DNA of 61,578 nt, filler included, from Globobulimina sp. (Eukaryota): NCBI GenBank assembly GCA_003354225.1. It is 21 parts of 21 records of this genome, joined end to end, with 100 filler letters (N's around TTAATTAATTAA, not from the genome) between each part and the next. Parts side by side here need not be neighbours in the genome. Positions count along the whole stretch, not along the records: positions 58,745 to 61,578 come from PIVH01004690.1; 20 more parts are not named here. One strand, written 5' to 3'. The notes below the pieces were generated by a model that made no database searches, was not told where the DNA came from, and worked only from the letters and a program-made list of their open reading frames with translations. The position numbers and the translations under genes are program-made. Shown in pieces: positions 58,645 to 61,578 of the stretch. How positions within the stretch are numbered: position 1 is the first letter of the stretch; every line of letters begins with the position of its first letter.

Positions 58645-59079
58645 NNNNNNNNNNNNNNNNNNNNNNNNNNNNNNNNNNNNNNNNNNNNTTAATTAATTAA
58701 NNNNNNNNNNNNNNNNNNNNNNNNNNNNNNNNNNNNNNNNNNNNATCACCGGCATGCATTTACTTCCATTGCATTCATTCAAATGTTAAATTTAAATGTG
58801 TGGATAATTTGTTTGAAAATAACCTCAACGATCCAATTAGCAGAATATATTTATCAGATGCAGTTTTCAGTGGTAATCATATAATTCAGCGTGATGATGC
58901 ATTGAAAAACAAAACTGATAAATATAAGGAATGGTAAACCGATAAACTGAAACTACTCAACAAATCAGGAACTATATAAACTTCATGCCCCAATATAACT
59001 ATTAAAAGTAAATACTGATCTTTTTTTGTTTATCAATCTAAATTAACTCCGAGTAGTATCTGTTTTTTGGGTTGAAATA

Positions 59080-59991
59080 ATGGCAACAGAAGCTAAAGAT
59101 GCAGGGTATACAGATAATACTGATGAACAAGTAGTGGTACAGAGTGAAGATCAATTGGCTGCAATGTATTCAAGTGAACCAATGATCAACGCAGATAACG
59201 ATGCTGCAGAACAAGACGGAATTGAAATGATTATAGAATTACCGCGTGATATATTAACAGCATACATTTTATCACAAGTAGGTGGCAGATGGAGTGTATT
59301 GACCCGTTCCTCCCAATTATGTATTTTATTTGGTTTAATTGGTGCATATACCATGCAATTTGCAGTATTTTTTTCGTTTATCGGTGATTTAGAATTTAGT
59401 AACTTTAAAGTTGGTGACACGTCCAAAGAAGATTGGTGGTTTAATTTAATTGCAATTGCTGCCTTATTCCTGTATCTCTGGCGAGATGTTACCATGTTTT
59501 ATAATTCCGTATGGTTTTGGATTGGAAAAGTTGAGCGACAGAAAAATTTTCGAACATTTAGTAAAATAAAAGATATTAAAAAAATTGGTAAAGGAATTAA
59601 GAATATAAAAAATATAAACATGAGACGCGTGTATGAAGGTGCTGCATTTTGGAAATTTAGAATCGCATTAATTTCTGTGTTTGTATTATATGCAGGATTT
59701 GCTCTGTATTCTTTAATTGCCATTGGAAACACCATCGGCGGATTGGTTGATAAAATGACTGTGGCGGTTCAGATATTTTTTGTGTTGGAAATTGATGATT
59801 GGGCCTGTTCTTTATTCATATTAGGACCGGGAGTATTGGATGATGATGAATTTGATGTTTCCATTATGTTAAAGGAAACTGAAGAAGATGCAAATAATCG
59901 AATACAAAAACGATTATTAACAACCACAGTAGTATTGGTGTTGTCTATTTTTTTGGTTTATCTACTCAGTAATTACAAAGCATTTGTTTAG
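59080..59991 (+). CDS. Hypothetical multi-pass membrane protein
   Basis: 303 aa, about 5 TM, FFVLEIDD motif. Confidence 0.7.
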   Translation: MATEAKDAGYTDNTDEQVVVQSEDQLAAMYSSEPMINADNDAAEQDGIEMIIELPRDILTAYILSQVGGRWSVLTRSSQLCILFGLIGAYTMQFAVFFSFIGDLEFSNFKVGDTSKEDWWFNLIAIAALFLYLWRDVTMFYNSVWFWIGKVERQKNFRTFSKIKDIKKIGKGIKNIKNINMRRVYEGAAFWKFRIALISVFVLYAGFALYSLIAIGNTIGGLVDKMTVAVQIFFVLEIDDWACSLFILGPGVLDDDEFDVSIMLKETEEDANNRIQKRLLTTTVVLVLSIFLVYLLSNYKAFV

Positions 59992-60116
59992 TGTATAACT
60001 AATAACTTTCAATTATTTATACTTCTTTGTGTGTGTGTTCAGTACTATCAGCCCACGATAATTTTGATGCCCCTCGATCTTCCAACACATTTGCATCACT
60101 CAAACCTGATTGAGAC

Positions 60117-61400
60117 ATGAGCAGGACAGCGTTATCAGGTTTACAAGGAAATTTGCCCAAGTACATATTTTGTAACGGTATCTCTCATTCACACAAATCC
60201 TTTTCCATCAATTGCAAATTATTGTAAATTATAGAAACACTCAGCAAATTTCTCTCATTATTAAACAAAAAACAATTATATCAAAAAGGAGTACGTTACG
60301 TTGAACCATATCATTTCCAATATGACATCAGGTCAAAAAACAGATGGATCGGAAAAACAGTTTATGCTATATTTTGTGAGGAATTCTATGCATACAATAG
60401 ATTGAATTATTATAAAAACGCAATCAATAAAGAATTAATAACAGTGAATAATAAACCGATCTCTTTGGATTATGTGTTTGCAAGAAATGATAGAATTAAG
60501 CATATAATGCACAAGCATGAACCGCCTGTCTGTTGTAATGAGAATGACATACAATTAATACAAGCCGCAGGAAATAATAATAATAAATATAATCTTATTG
60601 CATTGAATAAACCATCCTCGGTACCTGTACATCCAGTGGGTAGATACAGATATAATTCATTAAAATGGATATTTAACAACAACAACGACAATGATGGTAT
60701 TCAAATTTATAATGCGCATAGATTAGATACAGTATGTTCTGGATTGACAATATTTACAACCAATAACACTCCGAAAAAATATGTAAGAAAATTGCATAAA
60801 CGTTTCCAAGAAAATGATATAAATAAGATCTATGTTGCCAAAGTATGTGGCGATTTTAAACCAGATAAGATTACTATTAATGCGCCCATTGGAATATCAC
60901 CAAACAGAAAGAAAATTGGTACGGATGATGATGATGAGGATGCGTCGTATATTGAATATGGTGTTGATATGATAAATGGTAAAGAGAGCATGACTGAGTT
61001 TGTTAAGAAACATTTTGATGGAAAGTATAGTTTAATAGAATGTTATCCGCAAACAGGCAGATCACATCAAATCAGAGTGCATTTGAGTTATATTGGTTAT
61101 CCAATTGTGAATGATGTTAAATATGGTGGAATTTTAATGAATGGAAATGAATATCAAATGGAATCATATTTAGATGATGATAAGCAAACGTTAAGCAATA
61201 TGGTTTTGAATAATTGGGATGAGGATTGTATTGAATGTGCAATGATTTTAAAACAAATTAAAGGTGAAATTAAAAATCCATTTGATAAAACTAAACAAAT
61301 TTGTTTGCATGCTCTGCAGTATAAATGTACGAAAGATCTTTGGCAATTTGACACAGAAATGCCGTATTGGTCTGAATCGCAAAAATCAGTTGTTCACTGA
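60117..61400 (+). CDS. RluA-family pseudouridine synthase, RPUSD2/Pus9-like (exons 60117-60177, 60289-61400)
   Basis: Splicing restores YIFCNGVRYVEPY. HKHEPPV, NKPSSVPVHP.GRY, catalytic HRLD, TGRSHQIRVHL, ICLHA. Confidence 0.92.
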
Positions 61401-61450
61401 CGATAACAATAAGCTAGTCCAAATCTAAATGTCGAAGCTCCTGTAAACAA

Positions 61451-61578
61451 TTGACTTTTTAGGTTCACACTTCTAAACACTTCTTTTGTGATTGCCAAGG
61501 TTTTTGGGTTAGCTAGAGTGGTTTTCAACCTAGTATTCGAAGTTGACCTAGTATTAGAATCCTAGTATTCAAAGTTGA
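61451..61578 (+). repeat. Interspersed repeat, copy 2, ending in CCTAGTATT sub-repeats
   Basis: 79-bp match to 52678-52756, then three CCTAGTATT units up to the contig end. Confidence 0.92.

Noticed and set aside
2841..58744. Regularly spaced TTAATTAATTAA as a CRISPR-like or biological repeat
   Set aside because: It is always embedded in N runs of fixed length; it is an artificial linker. ORF tails reading XXX-LIN come from it.

Overview
This is not one locus. It is 21 unrelated short contigs (2840 down to 2834 bp, sorted by length) joined by 100-bp artificial spacers (N44-TTAATTAATTAA-N44), so no gene neighbourhood can be read across a spacer. Most contigs are an AT-rich, gene-dense eukaryote with short GT-AG introns. 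Its gene families (divergent 7TM receptors, Kelch/F-box-like proteins, PT-repeat and Cys-rich surface proteins) suggest a rhizarian, probably a foraminiferan; this is inference. Recognisable genes: CTP synthase, GMP synthase, presequence protease, CDC7 kinase, RluA pseudouridine synthase, WDR81-like BEACH protein, ArfGAP, a CNBD-flanked K+ channel, a REJ-GPS receptor, a BtaA-BtaB betaine lipid synthase, a bacterial-type uridine kinase, a sulfotransferase, a carboxylesterase and an FG-GAP protein. One contig (41132-43967) is bacterial: a complete IS next to a truncated PAS histidine kinase. Several contig ends look chimeric. Best leads: five head-to-head gene pairs with only 27-76 bp between start codons; a roughly 200-nt densely base-paired non-coding segment at 53.35-53.52 kb; the betaine lipid synthase; a probable multi-repeat CNGK-type channel; a hAT-like MITE; a repeat shared by two contig ends; and introns with A-rich 3' ends. 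I found no convincing complete novel multi-gene system.
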